DNA of 60,223 bases, counting the filler, from Streblomastix strix (taxonomy: Eukaryota), in NCBI GenBank assembly GCA_008636045.1. It is 3 parts of 3 records of this genome, joined end to end, with 100 filler letters (N's around TTAATTAATTAA, not from the genome) between each part and the next. Parts side by side here need not be neighbours in the genome. Positions count along the whole stretch, not along the records: positions 1 to 20,009 come from SNRW01000468.1; 2 more parts are not named here. One strand, written 5' to 3'. The notes below the pieces were generated by a model. The model had not been told where the DNA came from and ran no database searches. It worked only from the letters and a program-made list of their open reading frames with translations. This document shows positions 1-13,200 of this stretch, piece by piece. The translations under genes and the position numbers were made by a program. The first letter of the stretch is position 1. Every line of letters begins with the position of its first letter.

Positions 1-3000
1 ATAATTCAAATCCTCCTTCGGTTATTCCAATCTTCTTTTCAGATATTGATGATGTTTCACTTCCTCCTTTACGAATTGATATTTATTTTAATGCATATTA
101 AATCGATTCGCATGGCTAATCAATATTTCCACAAGAATATTAATCTTCTGCACTTATTAATTATACTTATCCACTCTAAATATGCCAAATATCTTATTAT
201 GGAACATTCCAATAATATTCTAATGGTTTTTATTTCTATGATATTTAATCTTTAAGGAGTGCTATGAATGACAATAGATTCATTCGAACTCCTTACAATT
301 CGTTTTCATTTGTATCTATATCACTATAATTTCCTTTTACATATTATCCAGCAGTTCCTTAATTACACCATTCTGCTAATTTAATTATTGCAACATATAG
401 GCTTTATCCTCCAGAATCTGCAATGTTTCCAGATATATTCATACCTTCTAAATCTAATCTTAATGTTGATGCATCATATTCTCCAGATCCAGTTACAAAG
501 ATTCCTCCTCCATATCCAGTTGAATAACTTTATATTGAATCTGCTTTTGCTTCACACTCTTATATCAAACCATCAATAATCTTGAATTCAAATTCAAATT
601 CAAAATCAATATCTATATAAATTGCTCCTCCATTCCCTTTATCAATAATGCATTAGTAGAATTAACATGATTCATCAATTATAAGTTTACTTCCATGTTT
701 GTTTTCCATGTAGATAGCTGATCCTCCTCGATTATTAGAATCACCAATACTCTTGATGTTCTTGAATTAACAACCATTCAGTCTTGCAACAATTGCATTA
801 GATCCACTATTCACTATTCGAATAGTATTTCCTCCGTATTCTTCAATATCAATATTCTCAAACAAACAATTTTATGCTATAACTTATGTATTATCAACAT
901 TAATATGAATAATTCCTTTAGCTTATGTTGAAGGAGGAATTAATTTAATTTCTGATAATGTAACTGTGTTAAGTTCTAACAACGAGCTTGTATCTTCAAT
1001 GTAGATTACTGAAATTGTGAGTTTTGATTAATCTGTTATGATTTTGATTCCATATATTCTTAATTATAATCCTTCAATTGCTGATATCCATCCTTTTTAA
1101 TCATTTTCTACAATTGAAGTATCTCCNNNNNNNNNNTGTAGATTACTGAAATTGTGAGTTTTGATTAATCTGTTATGATTTTGATTCCATATATTCTTAA
1201 TTATAATCCTTCAATTGCTGATATCCATCCTTTTTAATCATTTTCTACAATTGAAGTATCTCCTCCTTTAATAATTTTAATTTCTGCTTATCCAATCATT
1301 GCAGATGGTGTTCCATACATTTATTTCATTATCTTAATATTATTGGTATAACTAAATTAATTGAATTATATTGGAGAATCTAAGTCAAATCCTCCTTCAG
1401 TTATTCCAATCTTCTTTTCAGATATAGAAGTTGTTTCACTTCCTCCTTTACGAATTGAGATTTGTTTTAATGCATATTAAATTGATTCACATGGTTCATC
1501 CCAGTTTCCACACAATTATTAATCTTCTGCTGTTATTAATTATATTTATCCAGTTTAGATATGCCAAATATCTTCTTATGTTGGGTTCCAATAATATTAT
1601 AATGGTTTTTATTTCTTTGTTATTTAATTTTAAAGCAGTATTTAAAATTAATCAAAATTAATTGCAATTCCTTCAAGTTCATTTACATTAGATATTCCAT
1701 CTGTGTAATTTCCTTTAACATATTCTCCTGAGTCTCCATATCTACACCATTCTTTCACTTTTGTCATTGCTACATAAAGACTTTGTCCATATTTAGAAGC
1801 AATATTTCCAATTATATTTATTCCTTTCAAGTCTAATCTTTTTGTTGATGGATCATATTCTCCATTTCCAGTAAGGAAAATTCCTCCTCCATATCCACTG
1901 CGATCAGTTGTTTCTGTTGATAATGCTTAACATTATTTTATCAATGCATCACTAATCTTGAATTCAAATTCAGAAGTAAAGTCAATATCTATATACATTG
2001 CTCCTCCATTCCCTTAAGTACTGATGCATTAAATGAATTAACAATTATTATCAATTATCAATGAACTTTAATCTCTTAATTATGCAAAGAGTGCAGATCC
2101 TCCTTGACCATTCGAATCACCAACATTGTTGATTTTGTTGAATAGACAATTTATTATGTTTGCAGTAATTGGATTAGATCCACTATTCACTATTCGAATA
2201 GCATTTCCTACATGTTCTTCAATATCAATATTCTCAAAGATACAATTTTATGCTGTAAGTTATGTATTATCAACATTAATATGAATAATTCCTTTAGCTT
2301 ATGTTGAAGGAGGAATTAATTTAATTTCTGATAATGTAACTGTGTTAAGTTCTAACAACGAGCTTGTATCTTCAATGTAGATTACTGAAATTGTGAGTTT
2401 TGATTAATCTGTTATGATTTTGATTCCATATATTCTTAATTATAATCCTTCAATTGCTGATATCCATCCTTTTTAATCATTTTCTACAATTGAAGTATCT
2501 CCACCTTTAATAATTTTAATTTCTGCTTACCCAATCATCGCTTAATTTGTTCCATATAATTATTTCATAATCTTAATTACATTGGTATGACTGTCACTTG
2601 GATTGAATTCTATAGGGGAATTTAAATCAAATCCGTTTTCAGTTATTCCAATTCTTTTCTCTGATGTTGTAGCTATTGGCGATAATTCCTTTTCAAGCGA
2701 TATTTATTCTAACGCAAATTCAATTGTATTGCATGGATTTGTTATTAATGCACATCCAGTTTAATTAATTCCTGCGGGTAATGCATCATATCGATTTGAT
2801 ACATGCCAGATCGAACCTTTTGGTATATCCCAATAGGATTCAAGAGATCTTTACTGATTTTGAATTTAAGCTACTGGAAGAATATCGAATGATTATTACC
2901 CTTATGGAATTCCTTCAAGTTCATTTACATTAGATATTCCATCTATGTAATTTCCTTTCACATATTCTCCTGCAATTCCCATTAAACACCATTCTTCAAC

Positions 3001-3260
3001 TTTTGTTATTGCAACAAACAGACTTTATCCAGATTTATCTGCAGTATTCGAATTAAACTTCACATTTCTAAAGTCTAACCCTTTCGATTGAACATTATAA
3101 TCTCCTCTTCCATTTAGGAATATTCCTCCTCCATATCCTGTTGGAGTATTTGATGATGTGTTTTCTTAAGCAATGCATTCTTATATCAACAAGTCATTTA
3201 TAGTGAATTAGAAACTATACTAGAATTCAATATGAAAATGGATACCACCTCCATTTCCAT
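1..3260. repeat. Intragenic tandem repeat, ~1.24-kb (~414 aa) units, about 2.5 copies
   Basis: CAAATCCTCCTTC.GTTATTCCAATC recurs near 7 and 1386, with a diverged copy near 2628. 880-1126 is nearly identical to 2260-2500. Confidence 0.8.
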
Positions 3261-5007
3261 TAACGCTTTTGCAATTGATTATTTAACATTTGTTACTGAG
3301 TATAATATTACTTTATTCAATATAAATATTTATTCCTCCTCCATTCATCATTGACGTGCATGAATCTATTCTCAGATCTGCGGATATATCTACCCTAGTA
3401 CGTACATGAAGTGCATTAACCTGCATTCCTCCTCCTTCTTGTTACGAGGTGCAGTTTGTTATATGGCAAAATCCCTTAAATGAAACATTTGCATAATCAC
3501 CAGTTTATAGATATATACCACCCCCATATCTTTACGAGGAACAATTAGTAACTGTCAAATCTATTATTTCACCAATCGTTGAGTACATAAAAACTAAAAA
3601 TAATCCACCTGCAAATGCCTATGATCCCTATGAATTACAGTTCTAAATTGTAAACCCTCTAAATATAGTTGATTTTCCAGTATAACTCTGTACACAAGCT
3701 CCACCTACATAATAATCAGCAATACAGCCATCAATTATAACGCCACTAATATCAACTGTACTATCCCTCATTGGTTATATAAGCAAGCCACCCGAAGGTC
3801 TATAGCCATAACACTAATTAATTTATATATCAGCTGTCAAACGAAATACTCCAAATTAAGTATGTATGGTGAGTGCTCCTTGAATTGTTTAACAGTTATC
3901 AAATAGGATTTAATATGATGTATCTATTTCTATATCAGAATCACAAACTATACACATTCCGCTTCCATTACCTTAAATTGATGAACAATCCCTTATTGTT
4001 ATATCGCCATCAATTTGAAAGTAACTAGTATTATTTAAGAAGTGTAAATATATTGCTCCTTCCTAAAAATTGCACCAACAGTCAAGGAATAAAGTCCGAC
4101 CTATGATAACATTTGCAAAATTACTGATCTATATACTGAGACCACCACCATCGCTTTAAGCAGAACAGTTATAGAATATAATTCCATCTCCCATAATAAG
4201 CTGAGAGTCTTCTCCATCAATTTCTACATAGATTCCTCCTCCAAAAGCAGTATATGAGGTACAACCAGAGAAAATGCACATTCCATCTATGGTTAATTTA
4301 CAACCTCCGGCAATGATTGCACTTATTGCACCACCTGCTAAGTAAGCACTGCAGTTTGTAAATGAACAGTTATTAACAGAAGCTTATGCTCCATTACATA
4401 TATTGAACCAAACAGCACCTCCAGCATTATTTGTGTTTTCTATGTTTGCAAAAGTACAATTTGCAATAATGTATTCTTCGTCTTATCCATCCAATACAAT
4501 ATTTCCTAAGCCATCTCCTGGCTGGTCAAATGTTTAATTGGATATTTCTGTTGTTACAGCCGATGCATCAAAGAATGAACGAGTTGCATATAATATGACG
4601 ATAGAAATAAGAAGAAATTGTCTGTTGTTGCGCTTTAATGGATTGACATTAAGATTTTTTCTTGAGATTCCATGTGAATTGTATGCTGTTAGGATTAATT
4701 GTGTTAGAACTTGTAAAATCTTTAATATAAGAAGCAGAACAAATTGATTATCAATGGAGAAATGATTATCTTTATAAGAATCAATGATCAAGTGTGACTG
4801 TGAGCAAAGCTATAGTTCAGAAACGCTGGATTTATTCAATTTTCTGCAAATTTCTCCATTAATGCAATATTCCAGTGTAGCATATTCAGATACGAAGTTA
4901 AAGCAATGCGTAAATTTACATACAATCAGAATCAGAGCCAAAATGCCAATGCACAACGAGGTAGTGAGCGGGCGAGACGGATGTTTTACTTTACTCGATA
5001 GCATCAT
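1..5007 (-). CDS. Large secreted/surface right-handed beta-helix (pectin-lyase/PMP-like) repeat protein, 3'-partial
   Basis: Track ORFs 4810-5007 and 4534-4791 are in one frame and join through TAG/TAA read as Gln. Hydrophobic N-terminus (LCIGILALILIV) and many GGAI/GGGI + FxxC repeats, e.g. GGGIFLTGNGEYDPSTKRLDLKG. Runs off the contig end and crosses the 10-N gap at 1127-1136. Confidence 0.75.
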
Positions 5008-5295
5008 TCCTGTTCAATGAAAATTTTAATAAAAATAATTTAAAAAATTATTAATTAAAAGTCATTAAGAAATAATATTTGCAGACCTGATTAAACCTCA
5101 AATACGGCTTCGCGAATTGCGATTTTATTTTCCTATAATTTTGATCATCAAAATAATTCCTATAGCAGCGAGACATGGGAGTAATCTCATTTACAATGAT
5201 ATCAATTAATTAAACAAAAATAGAATAATAATAAAATTAAATTAGATATTATATTTATTTATTTATAAATAAAAATTAATCAAATGCAAAAAAGA

Positions 5296-5368
5296 CCTCG
5301 ATACCGGGACTCGAACCCGGGTCTCAGGAGTGAAAGTCCCGTATCCTAACCACCTAGACTATATCGAG
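5296..5368 (-). tRNA. trnE-TTC: tRNA-Glu (anticodon TTC)
   Basis: Reverse complement folds as a cloverleaf: acceptor CTCGATA/TATCGAG, D-loop AGGTGGTTAG, anticodon arm CGGGA-CT-TTC-AC-TCCTG, T arm CCGGG-TTCGAGT-CCCGG, discriminator G. Followed by a T-run Pol III terminator. Confidence 0.95.
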
Positions 5369-6342
5369 CTGTTAATAAATAGAACTGCTTAATAATATTT
5401 GTACGAAGTCATTTTTAATTTTATTAATTCTTTTATTAATCAGAATCATCTCAAAAAAGTAAAAACAATATAAATAGCGAAAAAATTTTTATACGATCCA
5501 ATTTCTATACTTAAATGTTTACTTTTATATTTATATTCGAATAAATCAATAATCAACCGAATTCACTAATTAATTTTCATCTTTTACACCGCATTAACTC
5601 AAAACCGAAATGTAATTTTAAAACATGTTTTATGAATTATCTAGTAGATTTTGCAATGATAGTTAATGAAAATGAAGTAGTTTAATTTGTTTTTAATGAT
5701 TATTTTCTATTTGTTAAAGAGATTATTAGTATTTGTTCGTATATTTTGTTAACTTCTATTTATTATTTATTTATTTTAGATATTGAAATAGATGACAAAT
5801 TATGATAGTAGAGGATCTATTTAAACATATATACTCTTCAGAAAGGTTTGAATTGCTAATTTATTTTCAATATATAATCTAAAAATATAGTTATGAATTA
5901 AAGAACGAATATAATAAAAGAAACTTTTTATTAAAAATTTATAATTCCATTTTAATTTTTATATTCTGATGAAGCCTTAAACAATTCACACTCAGATTTA
6001 AAAGAAACTTCAAATATGATAATGGAGTGTTAAATTCTTTTAAAGACTAGAATTGAAACATTTGCAGTATTTTAAGAATTATTTTTTCAAATATTTACCA
6101 ATAAAATAATAAATAAATAAATTGATATTATATTAATAACGCTCTTTATTTATTCATACGTTGATATTAACAGAATCCAATAGTTATTTATTATCAATCA
6201 AGCTCACCACAAAAAGCTTGTTTTGAATTAGTTTATTATTTCNNNNNNNNNNNNNNNNNNNNNNNNNNNNNNNNNNNNNNNNNNNNNNNNNNNNNNNNNN
6301 NNNNNNNNNNNNNNNNNNNNNNNNNNNNNNNNNNNNNNNNNN

Positions 6343-7680
6343 GTTTTACTGAGCGAAATTAACGATATTTACTATTTATTATTATTTGACTTGGAAAGTG
6401 ATAAAGTATTTTTATTAGCTTTTGATTTAGTTAACATTTCTTTTCCCTGAACTAAGTTAATAATATAATATACAAGATATGCTGATAATATATTATTCTT
6501 TTTATCAAAAGCAATTTTTATTGAATAAATTTGTTGTATCATCTGTTGAAGTATTCTAAGCACAATAGCTTGAAGATTATATAATGCTTTAGATGAGGGA
6601 AAATGCAATTCATGATTATTATGAAAATTACTTATACAATTAATTTGAATGATTTGTTCTATTGTTTCATGAAATTTATTATTAATTAGGTATTCTTAGT
6701 ATTTTTAATAATAATTATAATATGAATCAATTATTTTTAGAATTAATAAAGTATCTTTCATCATATTCTCAATTTCATTTAATTGATTATTATTTTTCTT
6801 ATTATTCATTTATTTTTTAATCATTTTCATTATTCTTCAATTTGAATTATTTAATTTAATCAATTATTATTCTTATGTACATTGTCGAAATTTCTGAGCA
6901 ATTGAAAAATTTTTTAGATTTAACTTGTAAATAATTTGATTTATCATATTATTGAAGAAAATTTAGAAGTGTTTGAGTGATATTCATCAAAATATTTATA
7001 TATTTCTTGGAATTAATATTAATATCATTGTTTTTAATTTATTACTGATATAATTCATTTACAACCATATTATATTATTTTTTCTATTTACCTTTATCAA
7101 TAGTTGATTTGGATGCTATTAATTATTTAGTTTTATCTTTAATATCTTCATCAAAATTATTATTTTAAATGGATCTGACTATATTTTCAAGTATATTTGG
7201 TAAAATTCGAAGGGAAATTCTGTTCAAGGATTTATTTAAATATCTATAGATATTCATCTAGAAGTATCATTTGGTAATCAGATGATTTATATCAAAAAAT
7301 GTGCAAAGTCATTTTCATTATAATTCATATTTCAAATTTTTGTAGTCATAATACTTAAAATAATCTCGAATTTTAATCCCTCTTTATTTGAGAATCTGAT
7401 AAAGACTTATTTGAGCCAGTTTTTGCTCATTTTCATATTTTCCGTAACTTGCAATTATTGTTTTGAGTAACTTTATGTCAATTCCCTTTTTATGTTTGAT
7501 TTCATCAAGCAAATATGCTTCTTTACAAAGATTATTTATTTATTCTAATCTTTATTCTTCATTGAGTGAATAATCAGAGAAGATTTGCCCGGGATTTTTT
7601 GCACAGATGGAAATGTATCCAAATTATGATTATTTCTAATCTGAGATTTGCTAAATATTTTCCTCCATAGATAATTAATC
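6343..7680 (-). pseudogene. Hypothetical Gln/Asn-rich coding region, probably interrupted or partial
   Basis: Long table-6 stretches such as QISDQKQSQFGYISICAKNPGQIFSDYSLNEEQRLEQINNLCKEAYLL, with at least one in-frame TGA. No family recognised. Abuts the 100-N gap. Confidence 0.3.
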
Positions 7681-8243
7681 TGAAATACCCGAAATAAATA
7701 AGTTAATGTTGAAAATAATCTAAATTTATGAATATCAAGAAGTTCTTTAACAAATAATATTTTAAATAATAAAAAACAAAAAATATAGATCATTATTTAT
7801 ATAAAATTTATTTATTCTTCTTGAAATATTTTCATCTAACGATAATATACATAAAATAACATTAAATTACATAACGAACTAAAAATAGTTTCTCTATACC
7901 TAATTAAAATTTTTTCATATTTAGAAAAATAAAAATATAATAATAAAAAATAAATAATTATAATTTTTAATAAACTGCAAAAATGGAATCAATTTCAAGC
8001 AAAGCAAACAGGGGTAGTAGATATATATTATATTACAAAAAGCTTATGTATAACTTAATACAATTACGTCGAATATAAATTTTGTTTTTCATTTATTTCT
8101 ACTTCTAGTTTGTTTTTTACAATAAATATAAAATCGTTCGTTATTGAGAAATGAAATATTAATATTCATATTTTTCTATTTATTTGAACGTTTAAAACAT
8201 ATTTACATTATCTTATATTTATATTCATATATTTAAACAAAGA

Positions 8244-9633
8244 ATGATTAATCAATTTCCATCTCAATTTCCAACTTCGTTTCAGCCTCAATTTCCAGCT
8301 TAGACTGCAGCTCCACAACAATCTCAGCCACAATCTAATGTTTAGCCTTAGTTCCTGCCTTAAGCTACATAACCCTCACAATTTCAACCCCAAATTTAAG
8401 GATAACAACAAATTTTTCCAAATTTTCAACCTATCATTCAACCGTCATTGCAGACTCCATCACAACCTCAATTTTAACCAACAATATAGACATAACCCCA
8501 GTCATTGAATCAACCTACTGTATAGAATAGGTTTCAAGATGCTGAGGAAAATGCAGCACAATTCTTTGCAACAGGAATGCCACAGACTAATATTCATCTC
8601 CTCCAACAATTCAATGGTAAGATTCTGAGAGTTGTTGGAAAAATGGTGGCTTGCAGTCGATCAATGAAGGACGGAAAGTTGGAATTCATAAGCATATTTT
8701 AGATGCAACCAAAAGGCCAAAGTGGATAATTGCCCAATGTTTGCAAATAGAAATTTGATTTTGCTTATTCAAATTTTTCATTCTTTCTTTCCCTTCATTT
8801 AGATATAGCTCATATTATATCCAGGTTAGGAAGGCCTAGCTCAAGCACTTATGGAATAATATGGACCATCCACTAAGCATCAGCTGATTTCATTGTATGT
8901 AGTTCCATAACAAGCTCCTCCAAGCTCAAAAACACCAATTGTATTCATGGCTGTTGGATATGGAAAGATAACAAACAAACTCGAATCAGGACCTGAAGAA
9001 ATAACGATTAAAGATGAAGATGCATATATTCTTGGTGACTATCATCAGGAATATATTGCAGAGTTTCAGAGATATGCAAATGCTGATGCTTAGTAATAGC
9101 TATAAGAGAGGATTAGATTAGAACAAGAATAGAAATAGAAAGAATTGGCTGAAAAACAACTCAGAGATTAAGAAGCTCAGAGAATTGCATAAGAAAATGA
9201 AAGAAAAAGAGCAGAAGCTGAAAGGATATAAAATGAGAGAGACCAATAACTATTGAGATAATAAGAATAAGAATAATAAAGAGCGCAACAAATGATTAGT
9301 GAATAGGCCAAAAGAGACGAAGAAAGATAATAATAGAGAAGAAGAGACGAGGAATAATAAAGGAAGTTATAGGAAGATATTTAGAGAGCACATTAATAAT
9401 AATAGTAATAGTAAGGAAGAGTATCTTAATAGTAAAAGCCAATTCTTGCAACGAAACCTCCGAGTGTTGAAGAAGGTATCCCATGTGAGTCATGCGGGAA
9501 TTTAATACCATTTTCTGAGTTTGAAAAGCATAACGCTGAACATTAGAGAGATATTGATAATGCAAGAGCGGCTCGCGAAGCACAGCCAAAGGCAAATGCG
9601 AAATAGCCAGCAACCCAACCATAAGGTGTTTGA
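8244..9633 (+). CDS. QP-rich N-terminus + RPA14-like OB fold + Gln/Glu/Arg coiled coil + C-terminal C2H2/UBZ-like zinc finger; one intron 8739-8802
   Basis: ATG 8244 MINQFPSQFPTSFQPQFPAQ... with TAA/TAG interleaved with CAA/CAG. TNIHLLQQFNGKILRVVGKMV. Phase-0 intron GTTTGC...TTTAG restores the frame. CESCGNLIPFSEFEKHNAEH, then TGA at 9631-9633. Confidence 0.75.
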
Positions 9634-10270
9634 TTTGCTTCATGATGGTATAAAAGTGTAAATCAATAAAAAGTGAAATTTTCATATAAATCTGAATATT
9701 TTTATTGGTCTGCAATTGCAAAATATTGAATTTCAGTGCATTTCATTAACGAATTTCCATTGCAACATTAATTAAATAGATTTGCGAAATTTTTTTTACT
9801 TTTAAACCATTTCAAACAATTTGCACTTCCCCAGCTGTTTTGTCCAACATAATCGAAAATGATTTGAATAATTTTGATCACTTTAAGTCAATATATTATA
9901 TTTAAAACTTTTATTAATTTTAATGTTATCTTTATTAAAAGAGATACTTTTTAAAAAAAAATCTATTTATTATTTTACTCACAAAGTAAATATCTATTAT
10001 AAATGATAATTTCACAATTAATATTTAAATTACATCAAATATTTATATTTTAATACTTTATCTTAATGAATATATGTTAAAATTCGAACTCGAAATTTCA
10101 ATAAAATAAATTATGTACCACTTTTGTTACAAATCAATTCAAGCTTTGCATTCATTAAATTTCATTTTATTTATTATATTTAAATATAATTTTATACAAA
10201 TATAAACCATATTAATCTATATTTAGAACTCAATTTTTTTATTTTTAATTTTAATCTTTTTTTTCAGAAG

Positions 10271-13200
10271 ATGGGGCAAACTCCCTCATAATCATCTCAA
10301 GAATAATATTCATCTTCATTATTAACTTAGTAATCACAATAAATATCAAAATCAACTGGATAATAACAATAAACTTCATAACCATCTCAATTAACTGGGT
10401 CGTTAATTCCTTAAAACTTCTCCTCAAATCCAAGCAATAGAGGAGTATGCCTTACACCAAATTTATTAATTTTTTGCTGCTATTTTTATCTTTAAATAAC
10501 CAGAATATAGGCGGTCCACAGACAGGCGTGCAAATACATTATTAATTAAGCAACATTATCTCCGTTTATTTTTTTCAGATCCGCTTGATGTTCCAAATCC
10601 CATGACGCCTGATTATCCAAGTATGCATTAACAATATTAATTTTAAAGAAGCTTTCATTAATTTAATTTTTGAAATTAATCTGAAACCGTTTAAATTTAT
10701 CAATCAAAAATTCAGTTAGGTTAATGGAAGCATTTCGCAAACCAGGACGACTAAAAATATAATAAGTCAACTCAATTCTTTCGCAAGGCATAAAGTTACT
10801 CAAGAAACTACCAAATGTAATCAATGTGATTGTCCCTAAAGGAAATTAAATAACTATTGTTGTGTGCTATTTTTATTGATTTATTTTTAATCTTTTGATT
10901 ATTTATTTACTATCATCCTTAATTACTGACTGTTCGTCCATAATCGCAGGGTGATATACATGGACAATTCTATGACTTACTTAAAATCTTCATACACAAC
11001 AAGAAGCCTTCAAATGAGAATCCATATTTATTTTTAGGTAACTATGTCGATTTTGGATCTTTTGGATCAGAGGTAAGTTTTAAGTTTTCCAATGTGAATA
11101 TTTCCAATTTTACTTTATTTCAGATCTTTCTGTTGCTATTGTGTTTCAAATTAGCTTATCCAAAGAGGATTCATTTGCTTCGCGGTAATCATGAAAGTGC
11201 AGTTTGCACAAAATTATATGGATTCAAGAAAGAAGTGGAAGATAAATATAGTACTTCTGTCTATCAAAATTTCTTACTTGTATTTAATACACTTCCAATT
11301 TGTGCAGTTATCAACTTCCGTGTTTTCATTGTGGTATGTTTTAAATCCGTTATAATACTTTATATTAATACATAAATTTTAACAGATTTTTAATTAAATT
11401 TTACATTCCATAAATTTATATAATTTTACATTCCATAAATTTATATAATTTTACATTCCATAAATTTATATAATTTTACAATTTTTATCAAATACTGTTT
11501 TTCAATATTTTTTTGTCTTCATTAATAATTATTCTCACGTATACTTTTTCGTATATATTATCAATCAAGCATGGAGGACTCTTCAACAGTAAGAATGTTA
11601 CACTCGACGAAATAAGTCGCATTAATCGATTTACAGAACCTGGAGAAGAAGAAGAAGAAACACTAATGACACAAATGCTTTGGTCAGATCCAATAGATTC
11701 AGTAGGACAAAATCATAAATTTGAATTTGGGCCAAATATCACTTATGTATGAATTGGATTTCAAATAATAATATGTATAATTCTCCTTTATTTATTTATT
11801 TAAATTTTTTATTAAAAAAGGAATTTTTAAATCGGAATAAACTTTAAATGATTATTCGCTCACATGAATATCATTCTCGGGGTTTTTCTTTAGAACATGG
11901 CGGAAATTTAGTATTTTTATCATTTTTCATTAATTTTATTATTTAATTAATTTGTCGATGAACTATTTAATTAGATAACAATCTTTAGTGCCCCATCATT
12001 TTAATAATTGTCAAACAAAGGCGCATATTTAAGAATATCTGGCACCAACTTTAAAATACAAGTCTTCCAATACACATCCGTGCCTAAATCCCTTAAATAA
12101 ATTAATCACCAAAACAAAAATATTCCTATATTAATAAACCAATCTTTAGAAATAGATAATGGAGAAGAAATTCGGTCTCTTGAAAATTTAATTAGAACAC
12201 GTAAAACCATTCCAGAAGAAGAGGCAAACTATTACATGGAGGAGATATGTTTGCATAATAATCATCATTATTTATATTAATGGCTTTAATTAATTAATTT
12301 TTATATTTTTTAATAAATATTGAAGTAAAAGAATTATTTGTCATCCATAAAGAAAATTTGCTACATAAGTCTGCGATTGAATTAAATAATAATTTAAACT
12401 AATTATAAAATTTAAATTTAAATTTAATATTTAAATTTTAAATTTTTTTATAGAAATGTCAACCCCTTGAACATTCTTCTTCAATATCCTGAATGTAGAT
12501 AATTTTATAATTTTAAAATACTATATTTTTACTAATACTTTTTCATATTAAGTTTATTCTTATTTTATTAATAAAACCATATATTAAAATTTCAGAAACA
12601 ATTTACTAAATTGTAAAAATAAGATTTTTTGACTTGGATAATCTACCAAATTAATATTAACTTGATAGAACTTAAATTAAACTGACAAATTATATGGTAT
12701 ATGAACATCTTTTATATTTGTGTTTTTTAATTTCACATAATGTAGGCCCCAGAAATCTACTTAGAAAACAAGAAATATAGTTAAAAAGCAGATGTCTGGA
12801 GCGTTGGAGTGATCTTCTACTAACTTCTTTCTGGATAGTTTATGAAATATCTATATTTATTAATTTATATATTATTAATATGTTAATTTTTACATTTTGA
12901 ATTATTATTAAATTTATAATATTTATTATTTATTAATTAACTATTTGATATAGATTACCATTTCCTGCCCATTCTGCTTCTCAACTTATATAGTAAATAG
13001 AAAATTATTTACCTTTAAATTAATTTTATTTTAATTTATCTTTAAATTAATTTTATTTAAATTTATCTTTGATTTAATTTTATTTAAATTTATCTTTTAA
13101 TTATTTTTTTTTTAATTTAATATTTTCTTTTTCAGAATGATTCAGTAACCTCCACCTCGTTTGAATCAAGTAACTCTTCTTTGCAGGGATCTCATTGTTT

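Noticed and set aside
998..1266. Exact ~130-bp duplication on either side of the 10-N gap
   Set aside because: Typical unmerged contig overlap inside a repeat, so an assembly artefact.
5296..5368. Possible suppressor tRNA for TAA/TAG
   Set aside because: The anticodon reads TTC and the body resembles tRNA-Glu, so it is an ordinary tRNA.
11397..11480. CRISPR-like 25-bp repeats
   Set aside because: No spacers. It is a simple tandem repeat inside a eukaryotic intron.
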